31,788 nt of DNA from a virus (lineage: Duplodnaviria > Caudoviricetes), in IMG/VR virus record IMGVR_UViG_3300032243_000533, positions 1 to 31,788 of that record. One strand, given 5' to 3'. A program made the translations under genes and the position numbers. Within the stretch, counting starts at the first letter, position 1; every line of letters starts with the position of its first letter. Below are positions 19,094 to 27,592 of this stretch, piece after piece. Under the pieces are notes generated by a model. The model made no database searches and was not told where the DNA came from. It worked only from the letters and a program-made list of their open reading frames with translations.

Positions 19094-19722
19094 TATTTAA
19101 TTACTGTTCTAAATTCTTCTTCAATACTTTGTATAAATTCCGGTTTTAAAAGTTTTATTTTTCTTTTTGATTCATTTAATTCCATTTCATAATCATAATA
19201 AGATTGTGTTTCTTTTGAGACAACGATAGTAATTATTTTACTATCTGCCAATGTAATAGTAGAAGTAGTGGAAGAAACATTAGAATAAGTATTTGCATCA
19301 ATTTCAATTTTCCTTGTATCAATAGTATTTGTGCTTATTGTTGTTCTTTTTTCTACTTTGTAATATGCATGTGTATGTGATTGGGCCCAATTTGAACCAG
19401 ATTGACTAACATTAGCATTTGCACTATATTTGTTATTAATAAAAGAGATGAGCGTTCTGTAATCCATTGGCCAATCAAATTGTGGATCGGTAATATCATT
19501 AAACATTAAAACAATCCAATGTCTTTCTGAATCATCATAAAATTTACTGGCAATAATTTCTGGAGTGTCACTATCTTGTATATCATATTCATACGATACA
19601 GCTGTGTTGTTTTTAAAAGATTCTTCAAAAGAGAATCTTGAAATTAAATTTGTATAAACACCTGCAGTTATACTATCAGATGTATAAAGTGTTTTTGGAA
19701 AATAATTAAAATATTTTGACAT
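19093..19722 (-). CDS. gp53: Baseplate wedge subunit gp53 (209 aa)
   Basis: YFNYFPK, YDIQDSDTPEIIASKFYDDSERHWIVLMFNDITDPQFDWP, YDYEMELNESKRKIKLLKP. Confidence 0.92.
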   Translation of the reverse strand: MSKYFNYFPKTLYTSDSITAGVYTNLISRFSFEESFKNNTAVSYEYDIQDSDTPEIIASKFYDDSERHWIVLMFNDITDPQFDWPMDYRTLISFINNKYSANANVSQSGSNWAQSHTHAYYKVEKRTTISTNTIDTRKIEIDANTYSNVSSTTSTITLADSKIITIVVSKETQSYYDYEMELNESKRKIKLLKPEFIQSIEEEFRTVIK

Positions 19723-19736
19723 TTATGTGGCCGTTT

Positions 19737-20939
19737 TCATTGTTTTTTAATACGGTCGATGTACTCAGCATTGGAGGTAAAACCATTTGTGCCATCTGGA
19801 AGAGATTTTTTCGTTCTAATTTCTGTTTCTTTGAATTGCATCGATAGACGAATTGCAACTGGCATTCCAGTTCCACCTTTTTCTGCTCCAGTTTTACCTA
19901 AAGTCTCATAAGCAGAAAATCCTTGAGGTGCATAGTCAACAGTTAACGAGTCCATAACACATTGTGCTATAGTTGGAATATTTGGATTTTCTTTACCATT
20001 ATAATAAAATTTAATACCAAATTCCGATGGCGGAATCATAAAAAATCCATTTTGACCAGGTGAAACTTCTGGTGCTTGATAAAATCTCAAAGTTTCAATT
20101 ATTTTCTGAACTTCTTCACCTTCTTTGGTTGACCTAGGATAAAACATAAAATCAAATCTGAAAGTTCTAAAAGAAGGACTGCTATATATTAATTCCAACA
20201 TTGGATTTATAACAACGCCAGTAGCAGCACTAAAAAGTGTTTTTCCAAATCCACCACCTCTATTTGCAATAGCACCAAGAACAAATGGTGTAAGATTTTT
20301 TATAGCACCTGTACTATTTTTTCCGGTTACAAGGTCAACAACAGAACCACTAGATGCAGCTAAAGCCGTTAAAAGTTCACCACCAGATTGAACATCAGAA
20401 TATGATTGATGGTCATCAAAAACAACAGTATCCGGCATGTAAAGAGATACTGTTGTTTTTATTTTATTTGTAGCTCTAAGTGATCCACCAGACGCTGCAA
20501 TTATACCTTGAGCAGAAGTAGTTGCTTGATTGACAAAACTTTTTGTAACTTGTTTACCACCTTCACCACCAACAAGACCGCCTATCGCCCCAGCAACTCC
20601 TTCAACAAATTCTCCAGCTGCACCGACCACAATATTACCAAGTTTAGCGGCTTGAACTCTCGCATCTAAAGTTCCAGCATTGTCCAATGGAATAGACTTT
20701 ATGGATTCGCCTTTGCCATTTAGAGCAAAGTCACTAACAGATGTGTATTGTGAGTTTTCTCTAGTAAAAATTGTAAATTGAATATAATGATTTTTATCAG
20801 AAGAACCTAAATCTGATGGGTATCTTAAATTATTAAGACCATATTTACCACCAGTAAGTTTACTTAATGGTCCACCAATTATTGGTTGACCACCAGCCTG
20901 TGTGTTAATGTCTGAGAGAAAGCTTAATAGTCCGGCCAT
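19737..20939 (-). CDS. gp48: Baseplate tail-tube cap gp48 (400 aa)
   Basis: LRYPSDL, LYMPD, INPMLELIYSSPSFRTFRFDFMFYPRS..E, P.EFGIKF, CVMDSLTVDYAP, GMPVAIRLSMQFKETE. Confidence 0.88.
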   Translation of the reverse strand: MAGLLSFLSDINTQAGGQPIIGGPLSKLTGGKYGLNNLRYPSDLGSSDKNHYIQFTIFTRENSQYTSVSDFALNGKGESIKSIPLDNAGTLDARVQAAKLGNIVVGAAGEFVEGVAGAIGGLVGGEGGKQVTKSFVNQATTSAQGIIAASGGSLRATNKIKTTVSLYMPDTVVFDDHQSYSDVQSGGELLTALAASSGSVVDLVTGKNSTGAIKNLTPFVLGAIANRGGGFGKTLFSAATGVVINPMLELIYSSPSFRTFRFDFMFYPRSTKEGEEVQKIIETLRFYQAPEVSPGQNGFFMIPPSEFGIKFYYNGKENPNIPTIAQCVMDSLTVDYAPQGFSAYETLGKTGAEKGGTGMPVAIRLSMQFKETEIRTKKSLPDGTNGFTSNAEYIDRIKKQ

Positions 20940-20965
20940 TTATTGTCCTGTAGGTTAACTAGATA

Positions 20966-20980
20966 TATTTATCATACATA
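20966..20980. promoter_or_regulatory. Back-to-back putative late promoters in the divergent gp48/gp4 gap
   Basis: GATAAATA on the minus strand (20966-20973) toward gp48; variant CATACATA on the plus strand (20973-20980) before the GGAG SD of gp4. Confidence 0.5.
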
Positions 20981-20992
20981 TGGAGACTATTT

Positions 20993-21424
20993 ATGTCATA
21001 TAAAGGGTGGTTTACACCAAAACATCAAAACAAATATAAAGGCGACTCTGAGAATGTCGTTTACCGTTCTTCGTGGGAACTTAGGGTGATGAAATGGTTA
21101 GATGAGAATCCAAGTGTTATTTGGTGGGCATCTGAAGAACTCATTATCAGATATAAGTCACCCATCGACCAAAAAATACACAGATACTTTCCGGATTTTA
21201 TTGTCAGATTGAAACAAAAGAACGGCACAGAATCTACTGTTGTCATTGAGATAAAACCACAAAAACAGACAGTAAAACCTGAACAGAAAAGAAAGACTAA
21301 ACGATATCTGCAAGAAGCGGCAACTTATGCAGTCAATCAAGAAAAGTGGCGGGCTGCAGACTTATTTTGTAAGGAACATGGTTGGCAATTCAAAGTGCTG
21401 ACTGAAAAAGACATAGGCATTTGA
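20993..21424 (+). CDS. gp4: Head completion nuclease gp4 (TnsA-like PD-(D/E)xK; 143 aa)
   Basis: YKG.F.PK...KYKGD..NVVYRSSWE, WASEE..I.Y.SP.D..HRYFPDF, IEIKP.KQT, VNQEKW.AA..FC...GW.F.VLTE. Confidence 0.95.
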   Translation: MSYKGWFTPKHQNKYKGDSENVVYRSSWELRVMKWLDENPSVIWWASEELIIRYKSPIDQKIHRYFPDFIVRLKQKNGTESTVVIEIKPQKQTVKPEQKRKTKRYLQEAATYAVNQEKWRAADLFCKEHGWQFKVLTEKDIGI

Positions 21425-21432
21425 GATAAATA
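21425..21432 (+). promoter_or_regulatory. Putative late promoter (GATAAATA) for the gp2-to-tape-measure operon
   Basis: NATAAATA 4 nt upstream of the gp2 ATG. Confidence 0.6.
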
Positions 21433-21436
21433 GATA

Positions 21437-22015
21437 ATGGCAAAACTAATCGACAGAATTAAACAATCTCTTGCAAAAGAAGGCTACTCAACCGGCACGA
21501 ATAATGCAAGAAACTGGCTTCGTGCCAAAGTGAAAGAATTGACTCCCACATCAAGAGCATTAATGGCAGACAGAGACAGACTTAAAGGCAAGTCAACAAT
21601 TGGTAAAATGTACTTTTACTTTTACGACCCAAAAACAAAAGATTCATTACCTTACTATGATAGATTTCCACTTGTGATTCCTATTGAGTCTTATCCAGAT
21701 GGTTTTTTGGGTTTGAATTTACACTACATTCATCCAAAACAAAGATTGATTCTTTTAGATAAATTGAGTGAGACTGCAACAAATGATAAGTTTGATTCAA
21801 AGACAAAATTGAGAGTGAGTTACAGTTACCTTGCTGGTGCATCAAGAGCATTTGAAGCTACACCATGCATTAAGAGATATTTGTTCACACATATACAATC
21901 AAGATTTTTAGAAATATCAGCAGATGAATGGGACATTGCCGCAATGTTGCCAGTTGAAACATTTGTTGGTGCCACTACTAGTAAAGTTTACGCAGATTCA
22001 AGGAAAAAATTCTAA
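21437..22015 (+). CDS. gp2: DNA end protector gp2 (192 aa)
   Basis: GKMYFYFYDPKTKDSLPYYDRFPLV, GFLGLNLHYI.P..R..LL, PCIKRYL, EW..AAMLP. Confidence 0.95.
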   Translation: MAKLIDRIKQSLAKEGYSTGTNNARNWLRAKVKELTPTSRALMADRDRLKGKSTIGKMYFYFYDPKTKDSLPYYDRFPLVIPIESYPDGFLGLNLHYIHPKQRLILLDKLSETATNDKFDSKTKLRVSYSYLAGASRAFEATPCIKRYLFTHIQSRFLEISADEWDIAAMLPVETFVGATTSKVYADSRKKF

Positions 22016-22758
22016 TGTCATTTTCACCAAATTTATTTTTGTCGCATATGCGTTCAAAAGATGGTCCAGCAAAACCATCTAGATTTGAAGTTGTTATTCC
22101 TCTACCAAAATACATTTCAGAGTTTATGTCTACTAGTGCTCTTGAAGCTCTATTTAATCTACCTAATGCAATTTTTGATACAGTATCAGATGCAATTGGT
22201 AGCGCTGTTGGACAAAAGCGTGATGGGTTGACTAATGGGAATCCAACACTATCAAGGTATCTTGCATTACAATGTGAAGCTGCAGAATTGCCTGGTAGAA
22301 CATTAATGACACACGAAGCGAAAGTATATGGTCCAACTTTTAAAATACCATATCAAGCACAATACAATGAAATGACTTTAACATTCTTATGTACCAATGA
22401 ATTTTGGGAAAGAAAATTGTTTGATAGATGGATAGAAGCAATTATGCCTTCTGATACGAACAATATGAGATATGCGAAAGATGAAGCAACAAGATATATG
22501 ACACCAATCAAGGTGATTCAGTATGATGATTTCATTAAGCAAATATATGCAGTTGAATTGATTGATGCATTTCCTATTGGAATATCAGCTCAACAATTAA
22601 GTTGGTCTGAAGATGGATTTCACAGACTATCTGTACAATTTGCTTATCAGAGATACAAACCAGTATATACCGGAAGTTATGATATTGCTGCAGCTGCGGC
22701 CGCTCTATTTGGAGTTGGCCTCAGTAAGATATCACCTTTTGGTAAAGCATTAACTTAA
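22015..22758 (+). CDS. Tail-tube-fold protein, gp54 (tube initiator)/gp19-like (247 aa)
   Basis: A.PSRFEV, CEAAELPGR, YGP..KIPY, LTFLC, FDRW, L.DAFPI.I....LSW, LSVQFAY are tube-fold motifs; gp54 is favoured by position. Confidence 0.75.
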   Translation: MSFSPNLFLSHMRSKDGPAKPSRFEVVIPLPKYISEFMSTSALEALFNLPNAIFDTVSDAIGSAVGQKRDGLTNGNPTLSRYLALQCEAAELPGRTLMTHEAKVYGPTFKIPYQAQYNEMTLTFLCTNEFWERKLFDRWIEAIMPSDTNNMRYAKDEATRYMTPIKVIQYDDFIKQIYAVELIDAFPIGISAQQLSWSEDGFHRLSVQFAYQRYKPVYTGSYDIAAAAAALFGVGLSKISPFGKALT

Positions 22759-22782
22759 ATTTTTTTATAAAGTGAGGACATT

Positions 22783-23514
22783 ATGTTACCTAAGATAGAC
22801 ACGCCAATTTACGAAGTGAAACTTATTTCAAGTGGCAAAGTGGTTCAGTTCAGACCATTTTTAGTAAAAGAACAAAAATTATTTTTGATGAACACAGAGA
22901 ATGATGATGTTGAAGCAACAATCAAAGTAATTAGGCAAGTATTGAAAAATTGCGTATTAAACGAAATTGATATTGATGCATTGCCTGTATTTGATTTAGA
23001 ATATTTGTTTATGCATCTAAGAGCAAGGTCTGTTTCCGAAGTTGTTAATTTGAAATATCGGTGCAATAACAATGTAAAAGATGATAAAGGTGAAGAGAAA
23101 GATTGTGGCACAGTCAATGAATTATCATTTAATGTGTTGGAAATAAAACCAACACTCACCGAAGGTCATACCAAGAAATTCCAACTGACCGATAAAGTTG
23201 GAATCATTATGCGATATCCAACCTTTGAGTTGATGCAAAAGTCAGCAGGCAAAGGAGATGCTGATGTTATTATGGATTTGATTTATGCTTCTATTGAACA
23301 AGTGTATGATGAAGATACAGTATATCATATGAAAGATAGTACCAGAGATGAGATTATTGAATTTGTGGATAACCTACAACAAAAAGATTTAGAAAATATC
23401 AGAAAATTCTTCGATACTATGCCAAAACTTGAAAAGAAAATTGATTACAAATGCAAGAAGTGTGGTTACCAAGAGAACATCGTGTTGGAGGGCGTGCAAA
23501 GTTTTTTCGCATAA
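22783..23514 (+). CDS. gp26: Baseplate hub assembly protein, gp26/gp51 family (243 aa)
   Basis: MLPKIDTPIYE..L.SSGK...FRPFLVKEQK, FDLEYLF..LRARSVSE, MRYPT, FFDTMPKL, CKKCG, LEGVQSFF; GAGG SD. Confidence 0.9.
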   Translation: MLPKIDTPIYEVKLISSGKVVQFRPFLVKEQKLFLMNTENDDVEATIKVIRQVLKNCVLNEIDIDALPVFDLEYLFMHLRARSVSEVVNLKYRCNNNVKDDKGEEKDCGTVNELSFNVLEIKPTLTEGHTKKFQLTDKVGIIMRYPTFELMQKSAGKGDADVIMDLIYASIEQVYDEDTVYHMKDSTRDEIIEFVDNLQQKDLENIRKFFDTMPKLEKKIDYKCKKCGYQENIVLEGVQSFFA

Positions 23515-23704
23515 ATTTATACCATGATAACCTAAGCAATTACTATAAGACTAATTTTGCGTTAATGCAACATCACAAATACAGTCTTACAGAACTTGAT
23601 AACATGATGCCTTGGAAAGAGAAATATATGTAACAATGTTGGCACAACATTTGGAAGAAGAGAAGCAAAGAATGGAACAACAGGCCGCTAATAATAAGAG
23701 ATAA
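23502..23704 (+). pseudogene. gp51: gp51-like short hub-assembly coding segment with no own start codon and a 1-nt frameshift at about 23615
   Basis: The -1 frame of gp26 reads FFRINLYHDNLSNYYKTNFALMQHHKYSLTELDNMMPW. The expected continuation EREIYVTMLAQHLEEEKQRMEQQAANNKR* (23615-23704) is in the next frame; one G is missing from TGG GAA AGA. Confidence 0.75.
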
Positions 23705-23707
23705 AAA

Positions 23708-26083
23708 ATGGCAGATTCAAGACTAGCAGAAATTTACAGAAAAGAATTAAAGACTAAAGGTCTTCTTGGCGCACTTGTGTCCGCTTCGGGTGCAAGGATA
23801 AAAGAGAAGACTGATATTCGAAATATATTACCACAAACTGGTATTAGTGGAGCTGCATTTGAAAAAATGTTTGGTAAAAAATACAGATATGGTGGAAATG
23901 GTAATAGTGTAAGAAGTGCTGGTGATGGTGGTGGTGGTTCTGGTGTTGATACAAAACCAATGGAGGAGAAACTTACTCGCATCGGTGTTGATATGAAGAT
24001 AATGGCAAAAAATACTTTTGTTCTTCCTGCAATGGCAAGAGACATGAATCTAATGCGTATGAATATGCAGAAGATGGTAAAATTATCTGGCGGTACTGCA
24101 TCAACAAAAGCCGATATGTTTTTCAAAAGAGCCGGCGATAGAGAAAATCAATATGAATCTCAATACAAAAAAAATAGTGGCCTAACACCAACTTCTGAGA
24201 ATACAGAATCACAAAAAGGTGGTGGTTTTGGTATAATTGGAAGCTTGCTTAGTGGAATTCTTAGTGGACTTAAAAGTTTATTCTCTATGACTTTAGGTCC
24301 ATTATTAATACAAATGCTTAGTTTGTTACTCAAGGGTGGATTGATCCTTGGTGTTATAACAGCAATAGGAAAATATTTTACTGATCCAACATTTGCAGCT
24401 GCTGTAAATAAAGTAGTGACTGATTTATGGAATGGAATAACACCAGAATTTAAAAAACAATTATTAGTTGGTGGTAGTATTCTACTAGGTGCAATTGCTG
24501 CTTGGAAAATATCAATGTTCGGTCTAGGTCTTGCTATGGATGCACTTAGACTAAAAATTTTAGGTATAGGTGGTCCTGGTGGAATAGATATTCCTGGAAG
24601 TCCTGGAAGTCGAGGACAAGGTGGAAGAAGCGCTGGTCGAAGTAAAATGGGAATGTTAGGAAAGCTTGGACTATATGGTATGGGAGCATTTGGACTATAT
24701 CAAGCAGGTAAATCTTTATTTGGTGATCCAATGGCGGCCGAATATGAAGGCGGTGCGACTTATGAAGGTTCTAACGGCTCAACAGAGATGGAAGGCCAAA
24801 AGTCGGTAGGACTGAATACTGATACAGCATTAGCTGTTGGTGGAACAGCTTTAGGTGCATATGGTTTGGCTAGTGCTGGTAGTAGTATAAAGAAAAGTTT
24901 AACACCAACACCAACACCAGGATTCTTAACTGAGGGTGGTACACTTGGTCGAGACCAAGCAGCTAGACGAACTAAATGGGGTAGATTTTTAGCATTTCTT
25001 GAAAGAAAAGCACCAAGACTTTTTGCAAGACTTGGTATAAAATTAATGTCTATGGCTGGATTGGCAGCTATTCCAATCGCTGGGTGGGTTTCAGCTTTAT
25101 TTACACTAGCATTTGCTATATCCGACATTTATGCAATATACTCTCTTTGGTCTGAGTTTACAAATAGCAAAGAAGAAACATCAAATCCAGAAGTTAATGA
25201 TGCAGCTGCAAAAGCGACAAAAGTTTCTAATGAAACATCCAATAGTAGTTTAAGCACAAATCCAATGGGTGATAATTCTGGATATATCACCGTAGGAAAC
25301 GACTCTCCAACACCATCAAGTGCATCAAGTGGATCAACAAGTTTAGCAAATGTTGAATTACCAAAAGGTGGATCAATAAGTGCTAGTGAATCAATCGACT
25401 ATCTTGTTAAAAATGGTGGATTAACTCCTGAACAAGCAGCTGGTGTTGTTGGTAATCTTGTACAAGAATCTAGATTAAATAGTGGCGCTCACAATAAACC
25501 GGAAGGTGCTTATGGTCTTGCACAATGGAGATTATCAAGATTAGCTGATTTGACAACTTTTGCTGCTGGTAAAGGTAAAGACATTGGTGATCCAAAAACA
25601 CAATTAGATTTCCTTATACATGAATTAAAAGGTAAAGAAAAGAGAGCGGGACAAATGTTAGCATCTTCAAATACTGTAGAAGAAGCTGCATTTAATTTTG
25701 GTAAATATTATGAAAGACCAAAAACTGTTGAGACCAGTAGGATGCAATATGCCTCAAAAGCATTAGCTGAATATAAACCAACTAGTGGTGCTAGTATGTT
25801 AGCTTCTAATAGTGGAGGTGCTTTTTTTGGTAATCCAAATATCACCAACCAAGGTGCTAAATCGGGCGCAACTCAAGTACCATCTTCACCGTCAACAGGA
25901 AATGCTTTAGCACAAGCACAAGGCAATTTAACATCACAACAACTTGCTATGAATTCAACAGGAAATCAAACTGTAGTTAATGCACCAACCAATAACAATA
26001 TAAATCAAAATTCAAATAATGGTGGTAATGTCAATCCATATAATGCAGATTTGATGAAATATTTATTAACTCCTATATCATAA
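23708..26083 (+). CDS. Tape-measure-like (gp29-like) protein with a C-terminal phage tail lysozyme domain (791 aa)
   Basis: Gly/Ala-rich helical body with several hydrophobic segments; GLTPEQAAGVVGNLVQES...GAYGLAQW...R...TQLDFL.HEL...AA..F..YYERP matches the Phage_lysozyme2 family; ends with VVNAPTNNNIN. Confidence 0.75.
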   Translation: MADSRLAEIYRKELKTKGLLGALVSASGARIKEKTDIRNILPQTGISGAAFEKMFGKKYRYGGNGNSVRSAGDGGGGSGVDTKPMEEKLTRIGVDMKIMAKNTFVLPAMARDMNLMRMNMQKMVKLSGGTASTKADMFFKRAGDRENQYESQYKKNSGLTPTSENTESQKGGGFGIIGSLLSGILSGLKSLFSMTLGPLLIQMLSLLLKGGLILGVITAIGKYFTDPTFAAAVNKVVTDLWNGITPEFKKQLLVGGSILLGAIAAWKISMFGLGLAMDALRLKILGIGGPGGIDIPGSPGSRGQGGRSAGRSKMGMLGKLGLYGMGAFGLYQAGKSLFGDPMAAEYEGGATYEGSNGSTEMEGQKSVGLNTDTALAVGGTALGAYGLASAGSSIKKSLTPTPTPGFLTEGGTLGRDQAARRTKWGRFLAFLERKAPRLFARLGIKLMSMAGLAAIPIAGWVSALFTLAFAISDIYAIYSLWSEFTNSKEETSNPEVNDAAAKATKVSNETSNSSLSTNPMGDNSGYITVGNDSPTPSSASSGSTSLANVELPKGGSISASESIDYLVKNGGLTPEQAAGVVGNLVQESRLNSGAHNKPEGAYGLAQWRLSRLADLTTFAAGKGKDIGDPKTQLDFLIHELKGKEKRAGQMLASSNTVEEAAFNFGKYYERPKTVETSRMQYASKALAEYKPTSGASMLASNSGGAFFGNPNITNQGAKSGATQVPSSPSTGNALAQAQGNLTSQQLAMNSTGNQTVVNAPTNNNINQNSNNGGNVNPYNADLMKYLLTPIS

Positions 26084-26084
26084 T

Positions 26085-26115
26085 AAAAAAACCCCGCACA
26101 AGGCGGGGTTTAATT
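26085..26115. terminator. Bidirectional rho-independent terminator
   Basis: aaaccccgc-acaag-gcggggttt stem (26089-26111) with an A7 tract on the left and tttaattt on the right, between convergent genes. Confidence 0.85.
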
Positions 26116-26128
26116 TGCATAAAAGATT

Positions 26129-27031
26129 TTACTCTTTTTCTGCTAAAGACTTAAAGTAATCTAAGTCTTCGTCATCATGTTCAACAATCTTTTTATCGAT
26201 TACTGCAACATCTTCATCATCAAACTTTTTAAAGACAGCATCTTCTGCCTTTGTCTTTACAGAAGAACCACCATCAAAGCCCAAAACTTTATCAAGTTTC
26301 GCCTTCAACACTTCATATGATTTGAAGTTAGATGGTTCGGTGAATTCTTTGAGAGAATATTCTTTCTTCCAAAGTGCTTCAAGTTTCTCATCATCACCAT
26401 CAAGCAATGCAGACTTATCAGCAAATTCTGATTTGTCATAGTTGCGATAGCCTTCAACATTACGAATCTTCAACTTAAAGTTAGCACCTTCCCACATATC
26501 AAATGGGTTGATTGGTGTTTCATCAGCGAATTCTGGATTCATCGCCTCTGTAATCTTATCAAAGATTTTCTTACCAAACTTAAACAGTTTGATTTCACCT
26601 TCGTTTGATGGATTACTTGGGTCTGATACGACCAGAATGTTAGCAATATAGTGCAAACGGCGTTTTTGTTTTCGTGCAATCTCTTTGTTTGCTTCGATAC
26701 CAGAATTCCATAATGTAGTATTGTACTCTGATACTGGATCTTTTTGACCAAGAGTTGTCAAAGAGTTTTCAATATACCAACCGCCTGGACCTTGAAATCC
26801 ATGGTCGAATCTACGAACCCAAGGTAGTGCATCATCACCATCTACCGCAGGTGCGGGAAGAAAGCGAATAACTGCCATGCCATTGCCTGCTTTATCAACA
26901 GTAGGTTGCCAGAGTCTGGTATCGTCTTTTGACCCAGCTTCTTTAGAAGTGGGTGATGTTGTGTCTTCAATTGCTTTGGTTAGTTTATCCAAATCATTGC
27001 GACTGCGTTTGAGGTTTGCGAATGAACTCAT
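26129..27031 (-). CDS. gp32: Single-stranded DNA-binding protein gp32 (300 aa)
   Basis: DDTRLWQPTVDKAGNGMAVIRFLPA, HGFQGPGGWYIENSLTTLGQKDPV, GKKIFDKI, NPFDMWEGANFKLKIR, NYDKSEF; acidic tail DDEDLDYFKSLA. Confidence 0.97.
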   Translation of the reverse strand: MSSFANLKRSRNDLDKLTKAIEDTTSPTSKEAGSKDDTRLWQPTVDKAGNGMAVIRFLPAPAVDGDDALPWVRRFDHGFQGPGGWYIENSLTTLGQKDPVSEYNTTLWNSGIEANKEIARKQKRRLHYIANILVVSDPSNPSNEGEIKLFKFGKKIFDKITEAMNPEFADETPINPFDMWEGANFKLKIRNVEGYRNYDKSEFADKSALLDGDDEKLEALWKKEYSLKEFTEPSNFKSYEVLKAKLDKVLGFDGGSSVKTKAEDAVFKKFDDEDVAVIDKKIVEHDDEDLDYFKSLAEKE

Positions 27032-27087
27032 ATATTATTTCCTTGTATAAAATGTATGTTATTGTATAGCGTTTTGTTCACAGTATC

Positions 27088-27117
27088 ATTATATCACATT
27101 ATTTAGTTGCTTTGCAA
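27088..27117 (-). promoter_or_regulatory. Sigma70-type promoter for gp32 with an embedded late-promoter-like CTAAATA
   Basis: TTGCAA-18 nt-TATAAT with extended -10 TG (TGATATAAT); ACTAAATA in the spacer (27100-27107). Confidence 0.65.
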
Positions 27118-27592
27118 GCACACTATCTAATTTTTGCAAAGTTTCACCGATATCTTTGTGAAGTATACCGATACCACCTGCCTTGTTAAAAGCAACAATC
27201 ACATCTTCTGTATCATCGATTAAGATGGTATCAGGAGTTGCATATGATGCTTTCAGACCTCTTCCAGGAACCACATTTCGTTTGTATGCGAGTCCTTGTT
27301 TCTTTAACCAAATATCTTTCTGTTCGGCAACTAAGTTATGGTACTTTGCACCGCCAGATGAGGTTAGTATTTCAATTGGTAATTCTGTTCGTCTTACATA
27401 TCTCAACAATTCAATTGCACCTGGAAAAATATCCAAGGTTTCAAATTGTTTCGACATAACAAAGTCAGTCCAGTTTACAGACCAATTCTTTTTGTCTCTG
27501 CTTGAATTTGGTGCTTCATTGTACAATTCTGTATATCGTTTTTCGAAATCACACAATACGCCATCCATATCAAGGTAAATTTTCTCAATCAT
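27089..27592 (-). CDS. HAD-family 5'(3')-deoxyribonucleotidase-like phosphatase (167 aa)
   Basis: Motif I IYLDMDGVLCDF, motif II ILTS, K..W, and motif IV ILIDD. Confidence 0.85.
   Translation of the reverse strand: MIEKIYLDMDGVLCDFEKRYTELYNEAPNSSRDKKNWSVNWTDFVMSKQFETLDIFPGAIELLRYVRRTELPIEILTSSGGAKYHNLVAEQKDIWLKKQGLAYKRNVVPGRGLKASYATPDTILIDDTEDVIVAFNKAGGIGILHKDIGETLQKLDSVLAKQLNNVI

Noticed and set aside
23451-23633. Track ORF starting MQEVWLP as the true gp51 gene
   Set aside because: The start lies 64 nt inside gp26 and the first residues look like an off-frame reading; the C-terminus is cut short by the 1-nt lesion.
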